Positions 1 to 10,401 of a DNA stretch of 64,000 nt are shown here, in pieces. Position 1 is the stretch's first letter; each line of letters begins with the position of its first letter. Under the pieces are notes generated by a model that was given only the letters and a program-made list of their open reading frames with translations, was not told where the DNA came from and did no database searches. The position numbers were made by a program, and so were the translations under genes. The DNA is from an uncultured bacterium (GTDB lineage: Bacteria; Auribacterota; Erginobacteria; Erginobacterales; Erginobacteraceae), in assembly GCA_963822585.1 (NCBI GenBank), contig CAWGIE010000039.1, forward strand, positions 64,001-128,000, written 5' to 3'.

Positions 1-962
1 GGCGGCTCTCCCCCTCGATCAAGCTCGACGCCACCGGCGACGCGATCGAGACCGCGGCCTTCTCCGGGGGCGAGTGGTTACAGTTCTGGGTCCGGGGCCA
101 GGGGACCGACGTCTCCAGCAGCCTCCTGGTGGAGGAGTATTACCTGGGCGGGTCCTGGACCGCGGTCACCGACGTCAGCTCGCTGCCCGCTTCGGGGACC
201 ACCCTGGGGACGTTCGGACTGCTGCCGGGGACGACGCAGGTCCGGTTCACCTACACCAAGTCGGCGGGTGAGGTGGCCTTCGACGACGTCCTGATCAAGT
301 GTCTGATCACCCCGACACCGGGCCCCGCCACACCGACGCCGACAACGACACCGACACCTCCAGTTACCACACCCACGCCACCGGTCACAACCCCGACGCC
401 GCCGGCAACGACACCGACACCGCCAGTTACCACACCCACACCACCGGTTACAACACCGACACCGCCCGTGACCACTCCCACGCCTCCGGCGATCACCCCG
501 ACGCCGTCTCCGGCGGTCTGCACCCGGATCGACGAGGGGTTCGACGGGTTCGAGGCCGGGACACGGCCGGCCGGCTGGACCTTCACCAACTGCAACCTGG
601 ACAGCGACACCTATACCGCCGCCGGGTCTTACGGGCGGCTCTCCCCCTCGATCAAGCTGGACGCCACCGGCGACGCGATCGAGACCGCGGCCTTCTCCGG
701 GGGCGAGTGGTTACAGTTCTGGGTCCGGGGCCAGGGGACCGACGTTTCCAGCAGCCTCCTGGTGGAGGAGTATTACCTCGGCGGGTCCTGGACCGCGGTC
801 ACCGACGTCAGCTCGCTGCCCGCTTCGGGGACCACCCTGGGGACGTTCGGACTGCTGCCGGGGACGACGCGGGTCCGGTTCACGTACACCAAATCGGCCG
901 GCGACGTGGCCTTCGACGACGTCCTGATCAAGTGTCTGATCACCCCGACACCCGGGCCCGCC
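1..962 (+). repeat. Near-identical intragenic direct repeat (1-~329 vs 634-~962, period 633 bp)
   Basis: ggcggctctcccctcgatcaagct... at 1 and 634 match almost base for base for ~330 nt. Confidence 0.95.
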
Positions 963-2021
963 TCTCCCACTCCGACGTCGACGCCAGCGGCAACGCCCAC
1001 GCCCCCGTTGACGACCCCGACGCCAGCAATGACCCCGCCGCCGGTGAAAACACCTACTCCCGCGAAGACACCGGTCACCCCTCCGACACCTCAAACAAAC
1101 ACCCCGACACCGGCAACGACGCCCACGCCAATCATAACTCCGACACCTCAAGCAATCACACCAACGCCTGTGATCACACCCCAGGAAACTGCCACTCCGA
1201 TAAAGACACCTACCCCCAACATCTCCCGCACCCCCTCCCCCACCCCGTCCTGCGGGCCGACCGTGGCCCAGCTCCGCTTCATCCTTCAGTCGGGAGATTA
1301 CGACGGCGACGGCACCAGCGATATCGGCATCTACCGCCAGAGCGCCGGACTCTGGGCGGTCCGGGGGGTGACCCGAACTTATTTCGGCGGCCCGATCGAT
1401 CTACCCGTCTCCGGCGATTACACCGGTGACGGGACCAGTAATCTCGGCATCTTCCGCCCCACCGCCGGCCTCTGGGCCCTCCGGGGGGTCTCCCGGATTT
1501 ACTACGGTCTTCCCGGAGATTACCCGGCCCCCGCCGACTATGACGGCAACGGGATCGCCGACGTCTGCATCTTCCGCCCCAGCGCCGGTCTCTGGTCGGC
1601 CCGGGGCGTCACCCGGACCTATTTCGGCGCCGCCGGCGACAAGCCCGTGCCCGGCGATTACAAAGGATCCGGCACCGACGCCATCGGCATCTTCCGCCCC
1701 TCCTCCGGGACCTGGGCGATTCGCGGCGTCACCCGGATCTATTTCGGCGGCTTCGACGACTGGCCTCTCCCCGGCGACTACAACGGTGACGGGGCCTTTG
1801 AGGCCGCTATATTCCGTCCCTGGTCGACCGGACTCTGGGCGGTCCGGGGCGTCACCCGCTTTTACTTCGGGCGGTGCACCGATTACCCGGTCCGGGCCGA
1901 TTTCAACGGTAACGGCACTGACAACCCCGGCGTCTTCCGCCAGCACCTCGGCCTCTGGGCCGCCCGAGGGGTCACCCGGGCCTACTTCGGCGGAAGCGGG
2001 GACATACCCGTGGCAAGGTAA
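1..2021 (+). CDS. 5'-truncated large surface/secreted protein: tandem ~140-aa beta-rich domains, Pro/Thr linkers, C-terminal six-repeat FG-GAP/VCBS-like domain
   Basis: The frame is open from base 3 (RLSPSIK...) to TAA at 2021. It contains a duplicated domain, long TPTP linkers and six GDYxGDG...[14 protein letters not shown]...DxP repeats from 1293. Confidence 0.85.
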   Translation, partial: RLSPSIKLDATGDAIETAAFSGGEWLQFWVRGQGTDVSSSLLVEEYYLGGSWTAVTDVSSLPASGTTLGTFGLLPGTTQVRFTYTKSAGEVAFDDVLIKCLITPTPGPATPTPTTTPTPPVTTPTPPVTTPTPPATTPTPPVTTPTPPVTTPTPPVTTPTPPAITPTPSPAVCTRIDEGFDGFEAGTRPAGWTFTNCNLDSDTYTAAGSYGRLSPSIKLDATGDAIETAAFSGGEWLQFWVRGQGTDVSSSLLVEEYYLGGSWTAVTDVSSLPASGTTLGTFGLLPGTTRVRFTYTKSAGDVAFDDVLIKCLITPTPGPASPTPTSTPAATPTPPLTTPTPAMTPPPVKTPTPAKTPVTPPTPQTNTPTPATTPTPIITPTPQAITPTPVITPQETATPIKTPTPNISRTPSPTPSCGPTVAQLRFILQSGDYDGDGTSDIGIYRQSAGLWAVRGVTRTYFGGPIDLPVSGDYTGDGTSNLGIFRPTAGLWALRGVSRIYYGLPGDYPAPADYDGNGIADVCIFRPSAGLWSARGVTRTYFGAAGDKPVPGDYKGSGTDAIGIFRPSSGTWAIRGVTRIYFGGFDDWPLPGDYNGDGAFEAAIFRPWSTGLWAVRGVTRFYFGRCTDYPVRADFNGNGTDNPGVFRQHLGLWAARGVTRAYFGGSGDIPVAR

Positions 2022-2091
2022 GCATAGAGGAAGTAACCGGTTGCCACGACAGCCTATCGCGAGAGATCACGAATCACCGATTACGAAGTAC

Positions 2092-2511
2092 CTACAGGTA
2101 TGGCCGGGGTCCGGGAGCAGATTGTTCCTGCAGGATCTTCACTGTCTTGCCGTTATCGAAAAGGAATTCCCGAAAAAACTCCCCGTTCCGGGTGACCACC
2201 CATTTCCCATCCCGTTCCCCGTTGCGGTAATTCCCCTCCGCCCGCCAGGTACCCGACAGGGGATCCCGGCAGGTCTCGATCCACCGGCCGTGTGGAACCA
2301 TCTTTCCTTTCCGATTCTGATAACCCTCCCCTTCGATAGTCCATTTGAGATCATCTTCCCCAAAATCACCGATCAGATCCCGATTACTCCTGATCACCTG
2401 CAATTGATAAGACCGGATCGCCTTGCCGGGCCAGATACCAAGAGAAACAAAGATAATCACAAGGGCGAGAGGAATCAACAATGTCCAGAGTTTCAGCCTA
2501 TTATTTTTCAT
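2092..2511 (-). CDS. Membrane-anchored protein with MORN-variant/YwqK-like repeats
   Basis: N-terminal hydrophobic helix, then motifs EGNYRNGERDGKW and FDNGK. ATG at 2511 chosen as the start. Confidence 0.6.
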   Translation of the reverse strand: MKNNRLKLWTLLIPLALVIIFVSLGIWPGKAIRSYQLQVIRSNRDLIGDFGEDDLKWTIEGEGYQNRKGKMVPHGRWIETCRDPLSGTWRAEGNYRNGERDGKWVVTRNGEFFREFLFDNGKTVKILQEQSAPGPRPYL

Positions 2512-2676
2512 CAGACAATAGCGCGGAAGGCGCAACTGTCTGTTGGGGAAAAATGACAATTAACGCCTCTGCCGGCACTTTATTTGGATTCAAGCATCAA
2601 ACATAAAAATACCCCTTCCACCATACCAGAAAGTCCTGTAATCTTTCTACTCTTCAACACTAAAAATCAAACACTA

Positions 2677-2697
2677 TTTTTTTCCGGAGGAAAAAAT
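2677..2697 (+). promoter_or_regulatory. RBS-covering hairpin TTTTTTCC-GGA-GGAAAAAA upstream of cooC
   Basis: Inverted repeat containing GGAGG 11 nt before ATG 2702; the same motif recurs before four other genes. Confidence 0.6.
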
Positions 2698-2701
2698 TAC
2701 G

Positions 2702-3472
2702 ATGAAGATCGCGATCGGGGGCAAGGGGGGAACAGGCAAAACAACCCTGGCCGCCCTCCTTGCCGTGTCATTCCGCGAGAGCGGGAGCCGGGTGATCGCC
2801 GTCGATGCCGATCCCGACGCGAACCTCGCCTCAACCCTGGGTTGTCCCGGAGCCGGCAAGATCATTCCCATTGTCGAGATGCGGGGATTGATCGAAGAGC
2901 GAACCGGGGCCAAACCGGGTGGATATGGAGCGTACTTCAGGCTCAATCCCCGGGTTGACGACGTCCCGGACCGTTTCGTGGTTGATTGCCGCGGCATAAA
3001 GCTCCTGGTCATGGGAACGGTCCGAGAACCGGCTTCCGGATGCATGTGTCCGGAAAATGTCTTTCTGAAGGAACTGATTGCTCACCTCATTCTTTACCGA
3101 GACGAGATCCTGATCATGGATATGGAAGCCGGGGTCGAGCACCTTGGCCGGGGAACGGCGCAGAACGTTGACGCCTTCCTGGCAGTGGTGGAGCCGTCCG
3201 GCCAGAGCCTGGAGTCAGGAAAACGGATCATCGCCCTGGCCCGGAAACTGGGGATTCCGAACGTCCTGGCAATACTGAACAAGGTTGCTTCCGACCGGGA
3301 AATAGAATATATTAAGAACAACCTTCCGGATATTCCCATCGCCGGAATTATCTCCTACAGTTCCTCCATCCGGGATGCTTCCCTGGGAGAACGATCGATC
3401 GATGAAGTGGCCAAAGAGCTGGCGCCGGAAATACGGAAGATCAGAAAAAAGATCGAAGCGAAAAACCAGTAA
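2702..3472 (+). CDS. cooC: CO dehydrogenase nickel-insertion ATPase CooC/AcsF
   Basis: GKGGTGKTT P-loop, DADPDANL, GCMCPEN and DMEAGVEHLGRGTA motifs; adjacent to cooS. Confidence 0.95.
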   Translation: MKIAIGGKGGTGKTTLAALLAVSFRESGSRVIAVDADPDANLASTLGCPGAGKIIPIVEMRGLIEERTGAKPGGYGAYFRLNPRVDDVPDRFVVDCRGIKLLVMGTVREPASGCMCPENVFLKELIAHLILYRDEILIMDMEAGVEHLGRGTAQNVDAFLAVVEPSGQSLESGKRIIALARKLGIPNVLAILNKVASDREIEYIKNNLPDIPIAGIISYSSSIRDASLGERSIDEVAKELAPEIRKIRKKIEAKNQ

Positions 3473-3752
3473 TGAAGGATCGTCCTTTCGCTTCGCTGCC
3501 CTTCGGCAGGCTCAGGGTCTGCGACAGGACTTGTAGGATCAGAATGCCTTCGGCATTCTTTGTAGGAATTATAGGATCGCTTCGCTTGCGGTTCAGCAAG
3601 CCTTGCCTCCGATAAGGCGATACTACATTTCCTACATCTACTGCAAGTCATGAACGGAGTGAAGGACGATCCTACATAAATTTGCGAGCCCCGATTTTAT
3701 CCCGATTAAAACTTCGGGACGGAGGCGGGGTAGACTGCGCGAGCTAATTTAT

Positions 3753-5714
3753 ATGACCATTTACCCCGAAACGCATCCGGAAGCGGGACCGGTGGAAGCC
3801 TTCGAAAAGGCCTGCCGGGACGATATCGAGATATCCTGGCAACGCCTGGAGGATCAACAACCACAATGCGGATTCGGCTCCCTGGGCATCTGCTGCCGTC
3901 TCTGCCGGATGGGTCCATGCCGGATCGACCCCTTCGGGGAAGGCCCCCAGAAAGGGGTCTGCGGCGCCACTGCCGACGTAATCGCCGCCCGTAACCTGAT
4001 CCGCATGATCGCCGCCGGCGCGGCCGCCCACTCCGATCACGGACGCGATATCGCCCACACGCTCCTGTTGGCCGCACGCGGCGATGCCGAAGGTTATTCC
4101 GTGAAGGACGAGGAAAAACTCAAGACGGTTGCCGCCGACATCGGGATCGCGACCGCGGGAAAAGAAACCGGCCGGATCGCGGAAGAGGTGGGGATGAAAT
4201 TGCTGGCGGAGTTCGGGCGCCAGGGAGGAGAACTTCTCTTTACCGGCCGAGCGCCGGAGAAACGGCAGAAAATCTGGCGGGAAGAGGGCTTGACCCCCCG
4301 GGGGATCGACCGTGAGATCGTGGAGATCATGCACCGGACCCACATGGGAGTGGATAATGACGCCGAGAATTTGATCCGGCAGGGCATCCGGGCTTCCCTG
4401 GGGGATGGCTGGGGGGGGTCCATGATCGCCACCGAGCTCAGTGATGTTCTCTTCCGGCTTCCTCAACCCATCCGGTCTCAGGTCAACCTGGGCGTTCTCC
4501 GCCAAGACGAGGTTAACATCGTCGTTCACGGACATGAACCGACCCTCTCCGATATCATCGTGGACGCGGCCCGGGACCCCCAGCTCCTGGAACTGGCCCG
4601 GGCAAAGGGGGCGAAGGGGATCAACCTGGCCGGGATCTGCTGCACCGCCAACGAGATCCTGATGCGGCACGGGATCCCGATCGCGGGCAATTTTCTCCAG
4701 CAGGAACTGGCAATCGCCACCGGGGCGGTCGATCTGATGCTGGTCGATGTCCAGTGTGTCATGCCCGCCCTGGGGAGCCTCTGCCAGTGCTATCACACCC
4801 GGCTGGTATCCACATCTCCCAAGGCAAAATTCCCCTTCGCCGAACACATTGAATTCCGGGAGAAGGAAGCACTCGAAACCGCGAAAAAAATCGTCCGGAT
4901 GGCAGTGGAGAACTTCCCCAACCGGAAGAAGAAGATGGTCTCCATCCCTTCCGATCAGATCACGGACCTGGTCGCCGGCTTCACGCCCGAAAACGCGTCC
5001 CGCTTTCTCGGAGGGAAATACCGATCAACATACCGTCCCCTCAATGACGCGATCATCTCGGGCAGGCTCCGGGGAGCCGCCGGCGTGGTCGGCTGCAACA
5101 ATCCCCAGATTCCTCATGACGCGAATCATGTCCGGATGGCGAAAGAGCTGCTCCGGCATGATGTTTTGGTGGTCGCCACTGGCTGCTCGGCCATCGGCAT
5201 GGCCAAAGCCGGACTCCTCCAACCCGAATCGGCCTACGCCTACGCCGGACGGGGCCTGCGGGAGGTCTGTGAAGCAGTGGGGATCCCCCCCGTCCTCCAT
5301 CTCGGCTCCTGCGTGGACTGCAGTCGGATCCTGATCACCCTCTGTAATATCCTTAAGGAAGGAGGCCTGGGAGAAGATATTTCCGATCTCCCGGTAGCCG
5401 GCGCCGCGCCGGAGTGGATGAGCGAAAAAGCGGTCTCGATCGGCTTTTACTTCGTTGCTTCCGGCGTCTATACCGTCATCAATCCGAGTCTGCCGGTTGA
5501 GGGCGCACCGGGAACACTCGAACTGGTGACCCGGGGAATGAGAAAAATTGTCGGCGCCTCCTTTGCTTTCGAGAACGATCCCATCAAGAGCGCCCGACTG
5601 ATGATCGAACACATCGATCGGAAGCGGGAGGCGCTGAAGCTGGCCCCGGTGATGTATGAACCGGGAAAAAGTGAGGAATCAGCGATCGACAATAAAAAAG
5701 CGAATGAAGAATGA
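3753..5714 (+). CDS. cooS: Anaerobic Ni,Fe carbon monoxide dehydrogenase catalytic subunit (CooS/AcsA)
   Basis: PQCGFG..GICCRLCRMGPC, HSDH, HGHEP, CCTANE, GCNN, GSCVD and EWMSEKA motifs. Confidence 0.97.
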   Translation: MTIYPETHPEAGPVEAFEKACRDDIEISWQRLEDQQPQCGFGSLGICCRLCRMGPCRIDPFGEGPQKGVCGATADVIAARNLIRMIAAGAAAHSDHGRDIAHTLLLAARGDAEGYSVKDEEKLKTVAADIGIATAGKETGRIAEEVGMKLLAEFGRQGGELLFTGRAPEKRQKIWREEGLTPRGIDREIVEIMHRTHMGVDNDAENLIRQGIRASLGDGWGGSMIATELSDVLFRLPQPIRSQVNLGVLRQDEVNIVVHGHEPTLSDIIVDAARDPQLLELARAKGAKGINLAGICCTANEILMRHGIPIAGNFLQQELAIATGAVDLMLVDVQCVMPALGSLCQCYHTRLVSTSPKAKFPFAEHIEFREKEALETAKKIVRMAVENFPNRKKKMVSIPSDQITDLVAGFTPENASRFLGGKYRSTYRPLNDAIISGRLRGAAGVVGCNNPQIPHDANHVRMAKELLRHDVLVVATGCSAIGMAKAGLLQPESAYAYAGRGLREVCEAVGIPPVLHLGSCVDCSRILITLCNILKEGGLGEDISDLPVAGAAPEWMSEKAVSIGFYFVASGVYTVINPSLPVEGAPGTLELVTRGMRKIVGASFAFENDPIKSARLMIEHIDRKREALKLAPVMYEPGKSEESAIDNKKANEE

Positions 5715-5863
5715 CTAAATTCGAATAACGAAAGAACGACCAAGCCCGAATGACCAATCTGAAGGCAGCACATCCGGATTGAGATTAAATCATTTTACAT
5801 TTGAGAATTGGGATTTCCTTCGGGTTTCGTCATTAGCCAGTGCCGAAGGCGCCGATACATATT

Positions 5864-6349
5864 ATGCGACGAGTCTATTGTTTGATCAGCCGCTGTCTGG
5901 GCTGCCGGAGCTGTGAGATCGCCTGCGCGGTGGCGCACTCCGGCTCCCGTCAACTGGAACAGGCGCTTCAGGAGGAGCTCCGTCCCCGGCAGAGGATGCG
6001 CGTGGAATCAGTACGGCGGCAGCCCTTCCCTATCCAGTGCCGCCACTGCGATGACCCCGCCTGCGCTGAAGCCTGCATCGCGGGGGCGATCAGAAAAGAT
6101 CCTCAAACCGGTCTCGTCACCTCGGACCCCGACCGATGCGTCGGATGCTGGATGTGCGTGATGGCGTGCCCTTACGGGGTCATCGCCCGCAGCAAGGAAG
6201 ACGGGGTCGCTCTCAAGTGCGATCAGTGCCGGGAATTGGAGACGCCGGCCTGTGTTGAAGCCTGCCCGACGGGAGCCCTGTACTTCTGCGAAAGAGAGGA
6301 GTTCGAGGAGATCCTCCGCCGCGAAGCCGCTCGGATGAAGACGGCATGA
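5864..6349 (+). CDS. 4Fe-4S dicluster protein (CooF-like)
   Basis: CLGCRSCEIAC, CRHCDDPACAEAC, CVGCWMCVMACP and CDQC..PACVEACP motifs. Confidence 0.92.
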   Translation: MRRVYCLISRCLGCRSCEIACAVAHSGSRQLEQALQEELRPRQRMRVESVRRQPFPIQCRHCDDPACAEACIAGAIRKDPQTGLVTSDPDRCVGCWMCVMACPYGVIARSKEDGVALKCDQCRELETPACVEACPTGALYFCEREEFEEILRREAARMKTA

Positions 6350-6427
6350 GACACATGGCGAGCAGGATTGTGATAACATTAAAGTTAATGCCTGAATAAT
6401 GCTGTCATGGGAGGGGGATGCTTTCAG

Positions 6428-6460
6428 CACTCCAATACTCCATCACTCCAACACTCCATA
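6428..6460. repeat. 8-bp tandem repeat (C/T)ACTCCA(A/T), one arm of a dispersed hairpin family
   Basis: cactccaatactccatcactccaacactcca. Confidence 0.8.
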
Positions 6461-6501
6461 ATAGCTTCACCTGTAGTTAGTCAACAACCTGAGTTATTAA
6501 A

Positions 6502-7809
6502 ATGGATCCGGATCCTGGACACGTCATTATCGGAAGCAGCGCGGCCGGAATGGCCGCCAGTGAAGCCATCCGGGCCGATGACGCCGAGACCCCGATCACG
6601 GTGATATCCGACGAGGTCCATGGACCGTATTCACGCTGCCTGCTTTCATACTACTTAGCCGGCAAACGCCCAAAAGAAGACCTCCGGATCCGGGACAAGG
6701 ATTATTACCGGGAGAACCGGATTCGTGCCCTGCCGGGGAAGAAGGCGGTCCGGCTCGACACCGGCCGGAAAATCGTGTTCCTGGAAGACAGGGAAGAAAT
6801 ACCCTATCGCACCCTGCTGCTGGCCACGGGAGGGGGTCCCCAATTCCCTTCCCTGCCGGGGATCGGCGCCGACGGCGTAGTGGGGATGAGGACTCTGGAC
6901 GATGTGGAAAAGCTGATCGAGCTGGCCCGGGAAGCCGGCGAGGCGGTCATCCTGGGGGGAGGTTTGATCGGCTGCAAGGCCGCCTATGGCCTGCGGGAAC
7001 GGGGGCTGAAAGTAACCATCGCCATCGGTTCAAACCGGGTGCTCAGCCAGATGCTGGATCTGAAGGCCGCCGGGATTTTTCGCTCCGTTTTCGAAAACCA
7101 CGGAATAACAATAACAACCGGGATGAAAGCGCGGGAAATTCTGACCGAGAATGATCGTGTTGCCGGTGTCGCCTTCGAGAACGGTGAGGTGCTGCCGTGC
7201 CGGATAGTGGTGGTCGGCAAAGGGGTTTCCCCCCGGATTGAGTTAACGCTCCGGACCCCCATCGCCACCGAATGGGGAATTCTGGTTGACGATCATATGG
7301 CAACCAGCGTGGAGGATGTTTATGCCGCCGGCGACGCGGCCCAGGCCCCCAACCTGTTCGGCGGGGAAAAGACGGTCAACTCTCTCTGGCCGGTGGCCAT
7401 GGAACAGGGACGGATCGCCGGCCATAACATGGCCGGAGGGGAGGAGATTTATCCGGGTTCCCTGGGGATGAACGCGATCGATTTTTACGGCATCGAGGTT
7501 ATCGCCGCCGGAAAAGTAACCGGCCTGACGGACGAATACGAAGTCATCATCAGCGATCGATCCGACCGCGGGATCTATAAGAAATTGGTCATCAAAGACA
7601 CTCTGCCGGTCGGCGTGATTCTGGTCGGCGAGATCGATTCGGCGGGGGTGATCATCCACCTGATAAAGAAAAGAGCGCAGGTGGATCTTTTAAAAGACGT
7701 CATCTTCAGCCGTCACTTCGACTTCGGAAAGGCGGCCGGCGTCATGGGACCCGATGCCCGGGACGATTTTCCGTCTCTGGAGTTATTAAATATTCAACGA
7801 AGAATTTGA
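6502..7809 (+). CDS. FAD/NAD(P)-dependent oxidoreductase (NirB N-terminal/rubredoxin reductase-like)
   Basis: IIGSSAAG FAD motif, YSRCLL, GGGLIG NAD motif and TSVEDVYAAGD. Confidence 0.9.
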   Translation: MDPDPGHVIIGSSAAGMAASEAIRADDAETPITVISDEVHGPYSRCLLSYYLAGKRPKEDLRIRDKDYYRENRIRALPGKKAVRLDTGRKIVFLEDREEIPYRTLLLATGGGPQFPSLPGIGADGVVGMRTLDDVEKLIELAREAGEAVILGGGLIGCKAAYGLRERGLKVTIAIGSNRVLSQMLDLKAAGIFRSVFENHGITITTGMKAREILTENDRVAGVAFENGEVLPCRIVVVGKGVSPRIELTLRTPIATEWGILVDDHMATSVEDVYAAGDAAQAPNLFGGEKTVNSLWPVAMEQGRIAGHNMAGGEEIYPGSLGMNAIDFYGIEVIAAGKVTGLTDEYEVIISDRSDRGIYKKLVIKDTLPVGVILVGEIDSAGVIIHLIKKRAQVDLLKDVIFSRHFDFGKAAGVMGPDARDDFPSLELLNIQRRI

Positions 7810-7818
7810 AATAAATTA

Positions 7819-7987
7819 AAATGGTTCTCAGTCATTTTGTGTGGGTAAATACTGGCTCTTATGGAGTGCAGTGACCATGTCACTGCATGCATTGACACGG
7901 TCAATGCACTCCAAAATTGCTACAAGATGTCATTAAACCAACTATCAGAGTAATAACCGCCCACACAATAATGACTGAGAACCATTA
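7819..7987. mobile_element. MITE-like element with ~27-bp terminal inverted repeats and an internal hairpin
   Basis: aatggttctcagtcattttgtgtggg ... cccacacaataatgactgagaaccatt; internal tggagtgca...tgcactcca. A partial copy of the end lies near 56305. Confidence 0.6.
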
Positions 7988-8010
7988 AAATTTTCCGGAG
8001 GAAAATTTTA
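7986..8010 (+). promoter_or_regulatory. RBS-covering hairpin TAAAATTTTCC-GGA-GGAAAATTTTA upstream of acsB
   Basis: Perfect 11-bp stem with a GGA loop; ATG at 8012. Confidence 0.65.
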
Positions 8011-8011
8011 C

Positions 8012-10189
8012 ATGTCCAAGATCATCGCCAGCGGCGCCATCCGGGGGAGCCGTGAAATCTACCGGATGGCGGAAGAGAAGTTCAACCAAGCCCGGGAGGA
8101 GAAAGGCGGGGGCCAGAAAATCGGCTTCCCGGAGACCGCCTTCTATCTGCCGATGGCCTACACTCTCCTGGGGGCGGAAGTAAAAACGCTGGACGATGTG
8201 GAGCCGGTCCTGGAGGAGGCAGCCGGACTTCTGCCCCCGGTTCCGTCCGAAAAACTCTGGCTTCCCTACCTGGGGGACACCCTGGACGCCGGCATCGCCA
8301 CGCTGCTGGCCGAAGAGATCACCATGGCCCTCCGCTACCTTTACGGGGAAGAGCCCCAACCCGACTGCAACGGCTTTTTCACCGACACCATCCTGAGAAC
8401 TCTCGGGATCCAGCTGGTTGACGGGAGGATGCCCGGTTTCGCCGCCATCCTCGGCGCGGCCCCCGACGCCGAGACCGCCGTCAGGATCGTCCGCGAGCTG
8501 CAAAAAAGGAGCATCCTGATCTTTGCCGGCTCCGAAAGTTCCGGCGTGAGCATCATCGACCAGCTGAAAGAAGCCGGGGTCGAGATGGGATGGGATACCT
8601 ACATCGTCCCTTACGGCCGGGACACCGTGAGCGCGATCTATCCCCTTAACTGGGCCATCCGGGCCGCCCTCACCTTCGGCGGCCTGAAGAAAGGCCAGGG
8701 ACGGGAGGCGCTCCTCTACTGCAAAAACCGGGTCTTCGCCTTCGGCCTGGCCCTGGGGGAAGTGGACGATCTCAAGTATGCCACCGCCGCCGGGGCGATC
8801 AACATGGGGTTCCCGATCATCGCCGATACCGAGATACCCGAGATACGGCCGACCGGGATCTGCACTTACGAGCATGTGGTCACCGAATTCGACTACGAGA
8901 AGATCGTCCCCCTCTGCATCGAGACCCGGGGCGTCAAGGTCACGGTCCAGGATATTCCGATCCCGGTCTCCTATTCTCCGGCCTTTGAGGGCGAGAGGGT
9001 GAGGAAGGAAAACATGCGGGTCCAGTTCGGCAGCAAATACTCCACGGCTTTCGAGTTTCTCGCGATGGACGAGTTGAGCCGGGTCGAGGACGGGAAGATC
9101 GAGCTGATCGGAAAAGACCTGGACGACGTCGAGGATGGCGGACACCTTCCCCTGGGGATCGTGGTAACGGTGGCCGGCCGGAAGATGCAGAAGGATTTCG
9201 AGTCGATCCTGGAGAGGCATATTCACACCTTCATCAACGAAGCGATGGGGGTGATGCACACCGGCCAGAGAAACATCGTCTGGCTCCGGATCAGCAAGGA
9301 TGCCTTTAAATCCGGTTTCCGTCTCCCCCACCTGGGAGAGATCCTGGTCGCCCGGCTCCACAATGACTTCGGGGCCATCGTCGACAAGGTCCAGGTCCGC
9401 ATCTACACCGGGCAGGAGGACGTCGAGGAACATCTAAAAAAGGCGACGGCATCTTACACCGAGCGCGACGAGCGGATCGGGGGGATGACCGACGAGTCGG
9501 TGGACACCTTCTACAGCTGCACCCTTTGCCAGAGCTTCGCCCCCAATCATGTCTGCATCATCAGCCCCGAGCGATTGGGACTCTGCGGCGCCTATAACTG
9601 GCTGGACGGGAAAGCCTCCCATGAGATCAATCCCAACGGCCCCAACCAGCCGGTTAAAAAACAGCGCTGTATCGACCCGGTGAAGGGGCAGTGGGAAGGG
9701 ATTAACGAGTTCGTCTACCAGGCCTCCAACCTCTCGCTTCGGCGTTTCAGCGCCTACTCGATGATGATCGACCCGATGACTTCCTGCGGCTGCTTCGAGT
9801 GCATCCTGGCCATCATCCCGGAGGCGAACGGGGTGATGGTGGTCAACCGGGAGTATCCCGCCATGACACCATCCGGAATGGACTTCATCACCCTGGCCGG
9901 GATGGTCGGGGGCGGCGTCCAGACGCCGGGGTTCCTGGGAGTGGGTAGACTCTACCTCCTGAGCAATAAATTCATCTCCGGGGACGGCGGACTGAAGAGG
10001 CTGGTCTGGCTGCCCCGGGAATTAAAAGAATACCTGAAAGAGCGCCTGATCCGGCGGGGCGGGGAGATCGGCATCCCCGATTTTTACGACATGCTTGCCG
10101 ACGAGACAGTGGCCGCGGACTCGGCCTCCCTGCTGGAGTTCCTCCAGAAGGTCAACCATCCCGCTCTCACGATGGACCCGATGTTCTAA
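8012..10189 (+). CDS. acsB: Acetyl-CoA synthase (bacterial-type AcsB)
   Basis: FYSCTLCQSFAPNHVCIISPERLGLCGA and PMTSCGCFEC A-cluster motifs; 725 aa including the N-terminal CODH-docking domain. Confidence 0.97.
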   Translation: MSKIIASGAIRGSREIYRMAEEKFNQAREEKGGGQKIGFPETAFYLPMAYTLLGAEVKTLDDVEPVLEEAAGLLPPVPSEKLWLPYLGDTLDAGIATLLAEEITMALRYLYGEEPQPDCNGFFTDTILRTLGIQLVDGRMPGFAAILGAAPDAETAVRIVRELQKRSILIFAGSESSGVSIIDQLKEAGVEMGWDTYIVPYGRDTVSAIYPLNWAIRAALTFGGLKKGQGREALLYCKNRVFAFGLALGEVDDLKYATAAGAINMGFPIIADTEIPEIRPTGICTYEHVVTEFDYEKIVPLCIETRGVKVTVQDIPIPVSYSPAFEGERVRKENMRVQFGSKYSTAFEFLAMDELSRVEDGKIELIGKDLDDVEDGGHLPLGIVVTVAGRKMQKDFESILERHIHTFINEAMGVMHTGQRNIVWLRISKDAFKSGFRLPHLGEILVARLHNDFGAIVDKVQVRIYTGQEDVEEHLKKATASYTERDERIGGMTDESVDTFYSCTLCQSFAPNHVCIISPERLGLCGAYNWLDGKASHEINPNGPNQPVKKQRCIDPVKGQWEGINEFVYQASNLSLRRFSAYSMMIDPMTSCGCFECILAIIPEANGVMVVNREYPAMTPSGMDFITLAGMVGGGVQTPGFLGVGRLYLLSNKFISGDGGLKRLVWLPRELKEYLKERLIRRGGEIGIPDFYDMLADETVAADSASLLEFLQKVNHPALTMDPMF

Positions 10190-10401
10190 TTTTCCCTAAG
10201 GTAACACAGACATTCCTGTCTGTGATCTAGAGCAACTGCCTCCACCTCACCCCCCGCCACTGCCCTTCGGATTGCGGTATCCCGGCGGATCCCCTCTCCT
10301 CCCAAAAATCGGGGTGTTTTACTCGTTACCACGCTCTGCTATGTAACGACCAGCCTTCCATTCCCACGCTGAGCGTGGGAATGAGAAAACGAAAATTGAC
10401 T

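Noticed and set aside
1..962. Diversity-generating retroelement template/variable repeat pair
   Set aside because: Both copies are in-frame within one gene, differences are not adenine-specific, and no reverse transcriptase is in the window.
299..2556. Two 376-aa alternative-frame ORFs (299-1429, 1426-2556)
   Set aside because: Off-frame readings of the repetitive surface-protein gene.
7985..9433. 482-aa minus-strand ORF (also 3744-4847, 19104-20003, 62068-63273 and similar)
   Set aside because: Antisense to clearly identified genes; expected from high GC3 codon bias.
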